Shown here: positions 36,250-46,565 of the stretch, piece by piece
Layout of the letters: the number at the start of each line of letters is the position of its first letter
How positions within the stretch are numbered: position 1 is the stretch's first letter
From: a phage
Sequence record: PZ053912.1
Direction: 5' to 3' (one strand)
Length of the DNA: 64,000 nucleotides
Translations under genes and position numbers: made by a program
The notes under the pieces: generated by a model
The model's input: only the letters and a program-made list of their open reading frames with translations
Databases searched by the model: none
Told to the model about the DNA's origin: nothing

Positions 36250-37410
36250 TCATTCCGGGTACCTCAAAGCGTCATCAGAGTTAGTTATATCAATAATAGA
36301 TATAGAGTTTTCTGCTAACCCATTTTTAGATAACTGACGTTTATAATATCTTTCACAATATGTACACGTCGTCCCGCAGATTTCATTAGCACAATCGAAA
36401 TCTGGATGTCTGAACCACCTTTTTTCTAAAAAGCCGTCTAACAAAGAGGTTTCAATATTTACTGTATGTGAAAACTCAATTTCGTTTTCAAGAGTGAAAA
36501 TAGTCTCTAAAGGCTTCCACAGTTCTAACAAATTACCTTCAAACTTTTCAGAAGCGTATGCTTCAAGAACTTTCAAAATGTAGTCTGTGCTACCTGTACG
36601 TCCTGAAACTTTGAATTGAGTGATACCAATATCATTATAAAGTTTCAAATCTTGAGGACGAACAAAACGAGTTCTCAACCAGTTAAATGGGTCTGTATCA
36701 CGAGCTTTAATACAGTGCTGCATAGGATATCCGTTTAAGGATTTAGCATCATCAGCTGTAACATCAGTACTATGGAAAATATAGCAAGAGTCACGATAGC
36801 TACAATGTGTTGTATACCCTTTACCAGCATTAGAACAGAACTCATTTACAAGAACTTCAAATATTATATTGTTCTTATTGCAAAACTCTGCTGCACGCTT
36901 CAGGAAAGAAACTGAACGGTTCTTATGAATTCCACAGCAGACCTTTTTGATATTATATTGGTCATGCAAATATTTGATTTGAGTTACAGCATCGACATGT
37001 AGAATTGTTGAAACTTCAATCTCAATGTCTTTATTGACTTCACGAACAATTTCCATAACAACAGGGTTAGCGATAGTAATACGCCATACGCCTATTGACC
37101 AAAGATACTGAACATAATCCTGAATAGCTTTCTTCTTCCACTCAACTAGTTCTCTTTTTGAACCAGGATTTATCGTGTTGAGTGTATAGTTAAAGCAAAT
37201 ACCTAATTCGTTACAACGTTTAACGTAATCTTCTAACATCTTTTTGTCAACGTCAGGAAGCCTAAAATCAGGTCTGGCTGCTACAAAAGCCATTTCTCTT
37301 GTAGAGCCGTATACTTCATTTATCAAGCTATTAGGATAAGTTTTATTGAGCTCTACGATTTTATCAAGAAGAGCTAAATCAAAATTCGTTCCGATTTTAA
37401 AAGTATTCAT
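36250..37410 (-). CDS. Cys-rich putative metalloenzyme, possibly peptidase-U32-family-like (Fe-S?)
   Basis: 386 aa; IFEVLVNEFCSNAGKGYTTHCSYRDSC and C-terminal CANEICGTTCTYC (Cx4Cx3Cx2C) cluster; co-operonic with the sugar genes. Confidence 0.4.
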   Translation of the reverse strand: MNTFKIGTNFDLALLDKIVELNKTYPNSLINEVYGSTREMAFVAARPDFRLPDVDKKMLEDYVKRCNELGICFNYTLNTINPGSKRELVEWKKKAIQDYVQYLWSIGVWRITIANPVVMEIVREVNKDIEIEVSTILHVDAVTQIKYLHDQYNIKKVCCGIHKNRSVSFLKRAAEFCNKNNIIFEVLVNEFCSNAGKGYTTHCSYRDSCYIFHSTDVTADDAKSLNGYPMQHCIKARDTDPFNWLRTRFVRPQDLKLYNDIGITQFKVSGRTGSTDYILKVLEAYASEKFEGNLLELWKPLETIFTLENEIEFSHTVNIETSLLDGFLEKRWFRHPDFDCANEICGTTCTYCERYYKRQLSKNGLAENSISIIDITNSDDALRYPE

Positions 37411-37467
37411 TTTTTTACATCTCGCGTTAATTGATGCGATGGTTTTTTGCAGGTCTTACTTAAATTA

Positions 37468-37869
37468 TTATAGATTCGGTTTATATGATTTAAATGTTTC
37501 GAATTCGCCTTTATTCATAAGAGCTTTGAATTCGTCAGGACGCATAGCTTTGTCGTCGATAATCCAATCATATACTGGTTTATGTGTTAGCAAATTATGG
37601 TACTTCAAGCCAATGTTTGCCAAGTTCTGAATCAGACTTGGGAGAATGTCAATTGCTATACGACCAGGACCTACTGACTTCATACCACGAGCAGTGTAAA
37701 GCGTTATGGTATGCCCTGCATCATACAGGGCATTAATGGCAGACACCATTTCGACGTCTGGTTTGAAGTTCACGTAATCACGATTGTTATTCCACTCTGT
37801 TATACAATCATCGACATCAAAACAAAGATTAAGCATGTTTTCTACACGGTGCATTAGATTCGTTCCCAT
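37468..37869 (-). CDS. putative HAD-like phosphatase
   Basis: 133 aa; N-terminal FDVDDCIT resembles HAD motif I (DxDx[TV]); short for the family. Confidence 0.4.
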   Translation of the reverse strand: MGTNLMHRVENMLNLCFDVDDCITEWNNNRDYVNFKPDVEMVSAINALYDAGHTITLYTARGMKSVGPGRIAIDILPSLIQNLANIGLKYHNLLTHKPVYDWIIDDKAMRPDEFKALMNKGEFETFKSYKPNL

Positions 37870-39542
37870 TGATGAGTGATATCGCCACCGATTGGACGAT
37901 AGGAAACACCAGTTTCTTTATCAGTTAGTACCCATTTACCAGGATTTTTTGTAATCAGAGTAGCCGTTACAGGTTCTGCTACGTCATAACTAATAGAGCC
38001 GTCTTGAAGTACACGGCCCATGTTACGTAATTGCTTAGTCAGAAGTTCCATACCTTTATAATATGCGGCTACCGCTTTAAGTGGATTATTCTTGAAATAA
38101 CCACCTAATGCAATCCAGATAATTGCCACTGCCAAATGATGATACTCGTTAAACGAACTCATCTTTCCATATTTGTAAACTAATGGATTGATGTTAATAG
38201 TCACATTACAAGTTGTTTCATCAATAGTAAACTGTCCCCAGGTCGGATTAGCATTGAATTCATCATAACCTGAAACAGCATAAAGCACTTTAGCTTCATC
38301 GTACAATTTTGGCCCGTAAATCTTGGTTTCGCCAAAATATCCACGAGGGTCGATAAACTTGACTTCACCATTATCAGTAATCATAGTATTACTGAAGTTC
38401 GGGTCACCATGAATAACAGAGTACTGTCCCTGAGAACGGTTATGATAACGAATAAGGTGTTCTAAAGCTTGTTTCAACATTGGCTTCAGACGTCCAATCT
38501 TAGTGTAGTTCACATGTGTGATTTTACCGAATGAATCAATCAATGGTTGAATACTTTCACAACGATCAATAACTTTCGTATAGAACTCTTTAGTGAAATC
38601 ACGGCGAACAGTTTCAGGACTTACAAAATAAGTGTCTGTGCTGAATTTCAGTGCATCTAAAATTGCATCAACAATTTGTGGACGAGCAAGACTCGATTTG
38701 GATTTAATATATTCAAATGCCGGCTTACCTTTAATGCGTTCCATAATAAAGTGGCCGCCAGGATGATAACTTACAATCCGTGGAACTGAATCTGATTTAA
38801 CTTTCTTATACCAATTGACTTCATCTTTTTGAAGTGCAACGCCCTGTTCTGTTAAAGCAATCTTTGTTACCGTTTCTTCGCCAATTTCAACTGCATTAAA
38901 ACTACGATTAAGTTCACGAACTTCATGAGCTTTTTCAAGTTTAGGCATATCACCAAGGTCGATGATATTCATAAGCTCTGATTTATTGAATGCGCTGCCG
39001 TAAAGGAATTCTACGAAATCACGTCCTTTGCAGTATTCATGAATTTCCTCATCAGTAGAACCCATATAGAATTCCCAGTCTTTGAACTGATAAATTCCTA
39101 CAACATTACCACCTGTTGAACCTACATTAGTGATATTTTCACCGTCGAAATTATATCGACATTCGTCACCCTTAACATAGATTGCGTTAACATTCCAAGA
39201 CCACGAACCAAAATCAGGAATAATATCACACCAGTTAACAATTACATTATGGCCGTCTAAATCTTTGTGCAATTTAGCAAGAGCATAAGCAGAACCATAC
39301 GCTTCATCAACTGTACGAATAGTCACATTGAACCCTTCTTGCTCACAATAAGCTCGAACAGTTTCAGCAAATTTTGAATGAACTACTACAATAATTTCAT
39401 CTGCGCCAAGGTCAGAATAAATTGTATACAAATTGCTCAGAATAGTGTCTTGTTTATAGTTAACAAGCACCTTAGGAATATGATGCGTTATTGGATACAA
39501 ACGAGTTGCCAGTCCAGCACCAAGAATAACAGCTTTTTTCAT
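37854..39542 (-). CDS. bifunctional sugar-1-phosphate nucleotidyltransferase / sugar kinase
   Basis: 562 aa; N-terminal ILGAGLATRLYPIT (G-x-G-T-R-L NTP-transferase motif); C-terminal HGDPNFSN...FIDPRGYFG (APH/choline-kinase-like catalytic loop and DFG-like). Confidence 0.7.
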   Translation of the reverse strand: MKKAVILGAGLATRLYPITHHIPKVLVNYKQDTILSNLYTIYSDLGADEIIVVVHSKFAETVRAYCEQEGFNVTIRTVDEAYGSAYALAKLHKDLDGHNVIVNWCDIIPDFGSWSWNVNAIYVKGDECRYNFDGENITNVGSTGGNVVGIYQFKDWEFYMGSTDEEIHEYCKGRDFVEFLYGSAFNKSELMNIIDLGDMPKLEKAHEVRELNRSFNAVEIGEETVTKIALTEQGVALQKDEVNWYKKVKSDSVPRIVSYHPGGHFIMERIKGKPAFEYIKSKSSLARPQIVDAILDALKFSTDTYFVSPETVRRDFTKEFYTKVIDRCESIQPLIDSFGKITHVNYTKIGRLKPMLKQALEHLIRYHNRSQGQYSVIHGDPNFSNTMITDNGEVKFIDPRGYFGETKIYGPKLYDEAKVLYAVSGYDEFNANPTWGQFTIDETTCNVTININPLVYKYGKMSSFNEYHHLAVAIIWIALGGYFKNNPLKAVAAYYKGMELLTKQLRNMGRVLQDGSISYDVAEPVTATLITKNPGKWVLTDKETGVSYRPIGGDITHQWERI

Positions 39543-39583
39543 GTTGTGGTCCTCATTGGTAAGTAGGAGTATTGTACACTATT

Positions 39584-39727
39584 CTAGTTAAAGCATTCAT
39601 ACTTTGCTTGTAGTCCAATCATAATCCATCCAATTACAAGTGTTGGAATCATTACTGGAGCCGTTAAGCTCCAGTAGATAGTCATGACAAGCATCAATAG
39701 TAAAAGTCCTATTGTTATTGCTTTCAT
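39584..39727 (-). CDS. small hydrophobic membrane protein (47 aa)
   Basis: Manual translation MKAITIGLLLLMLVMTIYWSLTAPVMIPTLVIGWIMIGLQAKYECFN; ATGA overlap with SIS gene stop. Confidence 0.35.
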   Translation of the reverse strand: MKAITIGLLLLMLVMTIYWSLTAPVMIPTLVIGWIMIGLQAKYECFN

Positions 39728-40359
39728 TGTTCGCCTCGTAACATGGCACCTAGTGCACCGCCAGGGTGGAACTTAAGGAAGTCATTAGAGGTAAATCCAC
39801 GCTCAGACGAAAGGTTGATAGCAAACGTATCGATAAGCGCTAACAACAATGTAGTGGACATGGTCGGAGCCAGAGAATTCTCATCAACCTCTACTGCGAT
39901 GCCTGTACAGAAAGAGTAATCAAAAAGGGCTTCATTTTCTTGTGGAATGTCCGGGTTACAATGCAACAGAATCTGTTTGACGTTCGGACGAATCATTTTA
40001 AGATGCTTAGCCACGCCTATCATTTCTTCAGTTTTACCAGAACGACTAATATGAATCAACACATCATTAGGCGCAATGAATCCTGCATCACCGTGAGAAT
40101 AATGCCCAGTGTTCAAGTACATACTCGGGATACCGAGTGAAGCAAATGTCTCAGAAGCTTTAGTTGCAATATTAGCATTCTTACCAACACCTGTAATAAT
40201 TACTCGGCTTTCATAATTACTAAGTCCTGGGCGTCGAAGAGTTTCTAGAATAGCATTATAACGAGCAGGGTTTTGACTAATTACTTTGGCCATAGCGGCC
40301 AAAGAAGAAGCTTGTTTTATGATTGCGTCAATAGCGATAGTAATAGGAGTAGTTTTCAT
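39724..40359 (-). CDS. SIS-domain phosphosugar isomerase, KdsD/GutQ-like (putative arabinose-5-phosphate isomerase)
   Basis: 211 aa; VIITGVGKNANIA, HGDAG, SRSGKTEE, APTMSTT, FHPGGALG align with KdsD/GutQ SIS motifs; lacks CBS domains. Confidence 0.75.
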   Translation of the reverse strand: MKTTPITIAIDAIIKQASSLAAMAKVISQNPARYNAILETLRRPGLSNYESRVIITGVGKNANIATKASETFASLGIPSMYLNTGHYSHGDAGFIAPNDVLIHISRSGKTEEMIGVAKHLKMIRPNVKQILLHCNPDIPQENEALFDYSFCTGIAVEVDENSLAPTMSTTLLLALIDTFAINLSSERGFTSNDFLKFHPGGALGAMLRGEQ

Positions 40360-40399
40360 ATTTCTCTCATTTAATTAGTTTACCGTCCATGACATTATA

Positions 40400-43111
40400 T
40401 CAAAAATCGAACATATCGAACAGAGATGCTTTCTTCTCGTAATCGAGTTTCGCTGCTGATGTGAATCCTTCAAGTGGTTTAATAAATGTCTTCTCAAGGA
40501 GAACAGTGTAGTCCATCCAATGAAGTACGTCGTCTTTAATTAAATCGGTGATTTCAGTACCAGAAGGCCATGCGATACATTTATCACCGAATGGGTTTCC
40601 TTCACGTAAAGGCAGAACATATACTTTTTCACCTTCTACAACTTGCGGTGCATCGATATTACCTTTGATAGCCCGGTTATACGTCAGAATTCCACGAATA
40701 TGGAACGGGCATTTGGGACCAGGGAATCCACCTACATCATATTTAGCAATGTTATTCGCAGAAGATACCGACGCGATGCTAATATAATTCAATTGACGGA
40801 ATTCTTTTTCAAACTCTTTAAAATATTCTTGTAATGATTCTTCACCTTCTTGAAGCATACGACGAATACATTCTTTAAGAGCTTTCTGTACTGCTTTAGG
40901 AGTCGAAGATTTCTGAGTCTCTAGACCCATGATTTTGAGTTTAGGCTCAGCGTAACGAGTACCTTCCATATCCCACACGTTTAATGCATAACGTTTCTTA
41001 CCAGTCCAGAATCCACCAATACCTTTAGAACCGAGTGGAGGCCCAGCGATAGCTTCTCGGTCCATGAACATTAAGTGTTGTTTATTGTTCATGTATTCAC
41101 ACATTTCACGGAAACCTCTATCAATAGCTGGTTCCATACGTTCACGAGCGAACTTATCTAAGAAGTCTACCCAATGGTTGGTATCACGGAATTTAGATTC
41201 ACCAACCTTATCGATAATTTTATCAGCAGATACGTAAATAGAGTCTGTATCACCATAAAGAACGAAAGCTTCACCTTCTGTACCACAAACTTCATTCAGA
41301 TATTCATTAACTTTACGTTCAATCCACTGTAAAGCCATTTGACCAAATGTTGTGATTGCAGTAGCATTACGCAAATCATAATAACGGAACCAAACGTTGC
41401 CAAGTGCACCATAAAGTGAGTTGATAAGCAATTTACGGTTAATTTGGGCAGTCATACCTGCAACTTCAGTACGTTGAGCTCTAAACAACATTTCATTAAG
41501 AGATTTAGCAGACAACTTTTTAATCTTTTCTTTAATCTCATCGCTGAAGTCGAAACGATAATCAACATCTAATGGTTCGTCAACAGAAAGATTAGGATTA
41601 TGCAATGCCTCTTTAATTATTTCGCCATTACGTTGAGCCGCAAGCATATAACCTTTATGTTCTTTACGTTGATTAAAGACCTTAGTGATTTCAGTTGGAA
41701 CTACACCATCACGGTCTTTATAATACATCATGCCGTTAGGAGAGCAACTGTACACATCGGAAGGACGTTCAGCGATTGCGTTAATATAATCATGTAGTGG
41801 AGCTACTTTAAACGTTCCTGCTATTGTTTCTGGGCTAATATTCACTTGGCGAATAATACTTGGATACAGAGATGTAAGGTCGAAACTCATTACATATTTG
41901 TATCGATTTGGAATAGGTTCCTTAACAAAAGCGCCGGGATAAGGTTGAACCGGGTGAGAACGACCTTGTGGAATCACCTTGTTCTGCTCTTTAAGGCTAT
42001 TAAAAATAATAGCATCCCATGTTTTAATTGGGCTAAACACAGATTGAATCTGTATCTTAGCATAATAACCCATGTCCAAACTCAAGTTGATGAACTGACG
42101 CTTAGCATCAATTTGCAATACACGATACACGTCGATAATGTTATAAGAAATATATCGTTGGTGATTGCTTTCACGAAGCTTAGAAATAGGGCCGTCATAT
42201 TTCAGTTTACCAACGTTCAATTCAAATTCTGAAATGTAATCCAGAGAATATGACGGTTGATTGGTAAAAGAGAATTTTTTGTAAAGGTCAATGTAATCAA
42301 GAACAGAGATACCGAACAATGTAATGATTTCACGAGAACCATACATGTTTTCGATAACTTTAACACGAGTTTTACGATGTGGTGATAAACGTTTCGCAGT
42401 AGATTCGCCAAAAATATTCTTGATTCGGTTATACACATATGGAATATCAAATGACTCAACGTTCCATCCAGTCAAAATGACAGGAGTTTTCTGTTGCCAG
42501 AAGTTGAGATATTCCATCAACAATTCTTTTTCGTTATCGAACGGCATATAAATGATTTTATCGATAATTTCTGATGGAACTTCATCACCACCTTGTTCTT
42601 GAAGCTTAGCCGCAATTTCGATAGACCATTCTTCTACATTACCATATGGAGAATTCAATAGATCAAATACGTAGAACCTGTCATCAATTGAGTCATAATG
42701 GGTGATAGCATCAATCGGATGTTTTGCTTGCGACGGCTCAGGGAACCCATCCGGAGATGTTACTTCGATGTCGAAGTTAGCCACACGAATTTTTGTATGG
42801 TCGTATTTGATTTCATAGTTATAAGTGTCAGACAAATACGCCAATTTGAAATCGTCCATGCCAAGTGCTTCAAGTCCGATATCTTCCATGCGTTTAATCC
42901 ATTGGGAGGCATCACGCATATTAGCGAACAACTTACGAGTGCACGGCTTACCGTAGATATCGAAATATTTCGTAGCCTGACTTTCTGGACAATGAGCAAA
43001 CAGTGATGGTTTATATTCTACTTCACGAGTACGTTCACGACCATTAGAATCGATGTAACGTTCAAAAATTGAATCACCAATCTGTTCAACCGTTAAGTAA
43101 AATTCTTTCAT
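40400..43111 (-). CDS. 43: DNA polymerase gp43 (family B)
   Basis: 903 aa; MKEFYLTVEQIGDSIFERYIDSNG.. with exonuclease (FDIE) and polymerase (YGDTDS) motifs; matches recollection of RB69 gp43. Confidence 0.95.
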   Translation of the reverse strand: MKEFYLTVEQIGDSIFERYIDSNGRERTREVEYKPSLFAHCPESQATKYFDIYGKPCTRKLFANMRDASQWIKRMEDIGLEALGMDDFKLAYLSDTYNYEIKYDHTKIRVANFDIEVTSPDGFPEPSQAKHPIDAITHYDSIDDRFYVFDLLNSPYGNVEEWSIEIAAKLQEQGGDEVPSEIIDKIIYMPFDNEKELLMEYLNFWQQKTPVILTGWNVESFDIPYVYNRIKNIFGESTAKRLSPHRKTRVKVIENMYGSREIITLFGISVLDYIDLYKKFSFTNQPSYSLDYISEFELNVGKLKYDGPISKLRESNHQRYISYNIIDVYRVLQIDAKRQFINLSLDMGYYAKIQIQSVFSPIKTWDAIIFNSLKEQNKVIPQGRSHPVQPYPGAFVKEPIPNRYKYVMSFDLTSLYPSIIRQVNISPETIAGTFKVAPLHDYINAIAERPSDVYSCSPNGMMYYKDRDGVVPTEITKVFNQRKEHKGYMLAAQRNGEIIKEALHNPNLSVDEPLDVDYRFDFSDEIKEKIKKLSAKSLNEMLFRAQRTEVAGMTAQINRKLLINSLYGALGNVWFRYYDLRNATAITTFGQMALQWIERKVNEYLNEVCGTEGEAFVLYGDTDSIYVSADKIIDKVGESKFRDTNHWVDFLDKFARERMEPAIDRGFREMCEYMNNKQHLMFMDREAIAGPPLGSKGIGGFWTGKKRYALNVWDMEGTRYAEPKLKIMGLETQKSSTPKAVQKALKECIRRMLQEGEESLQEYFKEFEKEFRQLNYISIASVSSANNIAKYDVGGFPGPKCPFHIRGILTYNRAIKGNIDAPQVVEGEKVYVLPLREGNPFGDKCIAWPSGTEITDLIKDDVLHWMDYTVLLEKTFIKPLEGFTSAAKLDYEKKASLFDMFDF

Positions 43112-43172
43112 TTAATTTCCTTTAGACGAGTTATTGTCTTTTGTTTGTTGATGAACTTATTATACTCCAAAT

Positions 43173-43186
43173 GGGACCGAAGTCCC
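43173..43186 (-). other. CUUCGG hairpin (gggaccgaagtccc) downstream of regA
   Basis: Read from sequence; no U-run, so RNA structure rather than clear terminator. Confidence 0.4.
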
Positions 43187-43192
43187 ATTGCT

Positions 43193-43570
43193 TTAATTAC
43201 CAATTGTATATTTTGCTTTCAAAGTCCAGTCATCTTTCTGTTTAAAGGAGATAACACGGAAGTTATTAGTCAGGCCAAACAGATCTTCACGAGCAGAATC
43301 TTCAATAACAATCAATCCCCAGTCTTCAAGCAACTGAGCAATCGAATCACGTCGCTGATAGTCTTCACCGTCAATATCAACCTGACGTCCATCCATACGC
43401 AACATTTCTTTAAAGTGGACGATATAGTACTTACCTTGCTTTTGGAGGATATGACAAGACTGGTAAAGGACTTTATCCTTGTTATTAGCGATGCCCATGC
43501 GGGTCAAAGTCTCTTTGACTTTCAGAAAATCTTCAGGGTTCTTCAATTTAATTTCAATCATTTTTACCAT
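43193..43570 (-). CDS. regA: RegA translational repressor
   Basis: 125 aa; [43 protein letters not shown] matches T4 RegA. Confidence 0.9.
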   Translation of the reverse strand: MVKMIEIKLKNPEDFLKVKETLTRMGIANNKDKVLYQSCHILQKQGKYYIVHFKEMLRMDGRQVDIDGEDYQRRDSIAQLLEDWGLIVIEDSAREDLFGLTNNFRVISFKQKDDWTLKAKYTIGN

Positions 43571-44127
43571 TCCAATGCTAATTTTTTAAATTGTTTTTGT
43601 TCTTTCACATTTTTTGTAACTTCTTTGAGAAACTCATCAGTGACCATGGCCTTCAGTTCTTTAAGGACTATTGGCAACTTGTTATTTTTTTCAAGGAGCC
43701 ACTTATACTCAGTAGCATCATTCATGTTGATTGTGTAATGTTTCATCAACAGTTTGATAACTAGTAACTCTGAAGTGTCTTCGACTAGTTTAGCCCATTT
43801 AGAGAATCGACGACCACGCGGAATTGCCGCCATCATATAGTTGAAGTGCGCTTCATCACTTAATTCAGAACCGACTAAGTTCATCATGTAAACAGCTGGC
43901 ATACATTCTGGGAACTGGGATAATGAGTTCTCAACCATAAATTTTGAGTAGTCAACCTGAGCAATTGACATAGATTTCTTTTCATTAATAGCATTAATGA
44001 TTTTAAAGAATTCATTCTCAGGTTTTTCTTTAAACATATCAGCACATTTTTGAATCGCATCAGCGTCATTAGACTTCCATGCAATTTGGTGCTCGTTAAG
44101 CTGGACGTCATCATCGAATAAGTTCAT
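43564..44127 (-). CDS. 62: clamp loader small subunit gp62
   Basis: 187 aa (T4 187); synteny regA-62-44. Confidence 0.8.
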   Translation of the reverse strand: MNLFDDDVQLNEHQIAWKSNDADAIQKCADMFKEKPENEFFKIINAINEKKSMSIAQVDYSKFMVENSLSQFPECMPAVYMMNLVGSELSDEAHFNYMMAAIPRGRRFSKWAKLVEDTSELLVIKLLMKHYTINMNDATEYKWLLEKNNKLPIVLKELKAMVTDEFLKEVTKNVKEQKQFKKLALEW

Positions 44128-44128
44128 A

Positions 44129-45091
44129 TTATTTCCAAGTCAGTTCACAGGTCAGTTGAAGAAGCATATACATAACATGTAATTCAATATTACTTGCTAG
44201 TCCATGAAACTTATTATTTTCGCCTGCAATTTCGTAAAGCGAAATAATACTTTTACCAGGTGCAACTTGGTCATAACATTCTGAAACTAATTTATCGATG
44301 AACCATGAATAATCTGCAGCATATTTTGGAGCTAATGCACGAAGTTGTTTGATATCTTTGTTCTTCATTGCTTCAATAACATCAGAGACTGTGCCACGGT
44401 CATTAGTTACAATAGACAGAATACCTGCATCAAGAACACCTTTAGATGAGTACTGGTCTAATTGGCCAATTGTACGACGAAAGTCTGGGAAGTTCTTTTT
44501 AACAAGAGCTGCAACAACTTTCATATCAGCGATTTCGATATTTTCGTTCTTACAGATTTCAACCATACGATGAATCATTTTCTTCATCATCGAGATTTTA
44601 TCTTCTTCGGTTGGACGCCCGAATTCGATAACTCGACAACGACTACGTAATGGTTCAATAATTCCATCGATGTTGTTAGCAGTAATAATAATAGAACAGT
44701 TACTAGAGAATTCTTCCATAAACGTACGAAGGTGACGTTGTGATTCGGCGAGGCCACTACGGTCAAATTCATCGATAACAATAACTTTTGGCTTGCCTTC
44801 CATTGAGACTGAACGAGCAAATGCAGTTAATGGACCGCGTACAAAATCAATTTTACAATCGGAACCGTTGACGAACATCATTTCAGCGTTGATATCATTA
44901 CATAATGCTTTTGCTACGGTTGTTTTACCTGTACCAGGAGAAGGAGAGTGCAAAATAATATGAGGAAGTTTTCCTTTAGATACTAAAGACTTGAATGTTT
45001 CATGGTCATACGCAGGCAGAATACATTCGTCAATGGAAGAAGGACGATATTTCTGTTCTAGAATGTGTTCTTTGGAATTGATAGTAATCAT
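44129..45091 (-). CDS. 44: clamp loader AAA+ subunit gp44
   Basis: 320 aa; Walker [14 protein letters not shown] motif LRSRC. Confidence 0.9.
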   Translation of the reverse strand: MITINSKEHILEQKYRPSSIDECILPAYDHETFKSLVSKGKLPHIILHSPSPGTGKTTVAKALCNDINAEMMFVNGSDCKIDFVRGPLTAFARSVSMEGKPKVIVIDEFDRSGLAESQRHLRTFMEEFSSNCSIIITANNIDGIIEPLRSRCRVIEFGRPTEEDKISMMKKMIHRMVEICKNENIEIADMKVVAALVKKNFPDFRRTIGQLDQYSSKGVLDAGILSIVTNDRGTVSDVIEAMKNKDIKQLRALAPKYAADYSWFIDKLVSECYDQVAPGKSIISLYEIAGENNKFHGLASNIELHVMYMLLQLTCELTWK

Positions 45092-45166
45092 GTAATTTTC
45101 CTCATTATCATTAAACTGGAGGATTTCTCCTCCATAATCGTATCACAATAAACGTAAAGCTTTGAC

Positions 45167-45853
45167 TTAGAAGTCGTGAGTAGAATCGGCTTCCATCGCA
45201 ATAACATAACTTACTTGAGAGCTTTCAAACTTGGCTGCAACTTTATCACCAGCTCCCCACAACATTACTTTATAATTACCCGGCTGAATTTTCATATTAG
45301 CCATATTGATTACGAAGTTAAAGTTATTAGAACCATCATAATCGGTAAGAGTCAAAGAATACTTAGGACGAGTTAGTCCAGAATCTTCAACTTTATTATA
45401 GCCATTGATAACAATTTTACCATCTTTATTTGTAATAGCAATTGTATCAATCTGAAGACCACGTGAAACTCGAAGCAATTGTTGAAGGTCTTCAGCTTTA
45501 ATTTCAGTAATCACAGAAGCCACTGGGAATTGAATTGGCTTATTAGGAAAAACAATGGTGCTCTTGTCAGCGGCAGGCCAATAAACTGTGGAACGTGTAT
45601 CTGCAATTTTAATATTGCCATCAGTGTGCATTGAAATTTCAGCATCATCAGACACTAGACTCAAAATGCTTAAGAAGCTATTCAAATCATAAAGTGCTAC
45701 GTCAAAATCAATTTCATCAGAGATATTTGCTTCCGCATAAGTGGTGCCATTAACTGCACGAGTCATAATAAATTTACCTTGACTCAGCAGAATGCCAGAG
45801 TTAATAGAGGCAAAGTTTTTCAGAATAGCGATAGTATCTTTAGACAGTTTCAT
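45167..45853 (-). CDS. 45: sliding clamp gp45
   Basis: Trimmed to ATG 45853 (MKLSKDT.., 228 aa as T4 gp45). Confidence 0.9.
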   Translation of the reverse strand: MKLSKDTIAILKNFASINSGILLSQGKFIMTRAVNGTTYAEANISDEIDFDVALYDLNSFLSILSLVSDDAEISMHTDGNIKIADTRSTVYWPAADKSTIVFPNKPIQFPVASVITEIKAEDLQQLLRVSRGLQIDTIAITNKDGKIVINGYNKVEDSGLTRPKYSLTLTDYDGSNNFNFVINMANMKIQPGNYKVMLWGAGDKVAAKFESSQVSYVIAMEADSTHDF

Positions 45854-45893
45854 TTTATTTCCTTTCAAGACAATTCAAAGTTTAACAAATTTA

Positions 45894-46310
45894 TTATGCA
45901 GCAACCATTTGCTTTTTGATAGCTTCAGGCAGTGATTCAATATATTCTGGAATTTTAGAAGCAACAATTTCGCCAGCTGCAATTAGTTGTTCGTCGGCAT
46001 CAACACAGTAGAGATCTTCCAGACGCTCAGAACCATCTTTATCAAGAACGATTTTTCCGCCGGCTTCAATAGAATCTTTATAGTGCTTACGCATCAGATG
46101 AATCCACATATCAGATACATCGTTATCAATAAAACCATAAATCATAAAACGAGTTTCTTGTGGCAAAGATTGGAGTTTTTTAGCACTTGCGTCATCACAA
46201 TGCAGGACCCATGCTTTACGAACACGATTATGGTTATGTGGGTTAGCGTCAGTACGGATAGAAGTAACTTTCAGATCAGCAGCAGTGAAACCTTTAGCAG
46301 TAGTAAACAT
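45894..46310 (-). CDS. rpbA: RNA polymerase binding protein RpbA
   Basis: 138 aa; position between 45 and 46. Confidence 0.55.
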   Translation of the reverse strand: MFTTAKGFTAADLKVTSIRTDANPHNHNRVRKAWVLHCDDASAKKLQSLPQETRFMIYGFIDNDVSDMWIHLMRKHYKDSIEAGGKIVLDKDGSERLEDLYCVDADEQLIAAGEIVASKIPEYIESLPEAIKKQMVAA

Positions 46311-46322
46311 ATTATTTCTCTC

Positions 46323-46523
46323 TTATTCGTAGAAGTCGGTAACTGTCCATGCGGAATTGCGATTAGACATTATTTTATTATACTCATCTTTAAAAGCAGA
46401 TTTGAGCATTTGTTCAGTAACAATATGTTCTTCACCTGAAAACGTATTGGTCAAAACATATTTTTTAATTTCAGGGACAACGAGAAGATGTTGGCCGGTT
46501 GAATACTCCATGTTGTTCTCCAT
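46323..46523 (-). CDS. hypothetical protein (45.2 position)
   Basis: ORF track 66 aa. Confidence 0.4.
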   Translation of the reverse strand: MENNMEYSTGQHLLVVPEIKKYVLTNTFSGEEHIVTEQMLKSAFKDEYNKIMSNRNSAWTVTDFYE

Positions 46524-46565
46524 TTAATTTGATGTGGTCATTATAACCACATCATGTTAAAGCGT

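Noticed and set aside
36087-36284. + strand ORF 36087..36284 in the 42-cassette spacer
   Set aside because: Overlaps the terminator hairpin, opposite to all flanking transcription, no RBS.
40548-43006. Several + strand and internal ORFs inside DNA polymerase gene 43
   Set aside because: Antisense to a highly conserved essential gene; no independent signals.
43189-43199. MotA-box-like TTGCTTTAA on the + strand downstream of regA
   Set aside because: Wrong orientation for the minus-strand genes; likely chance occurrence next to the regA hairpin.
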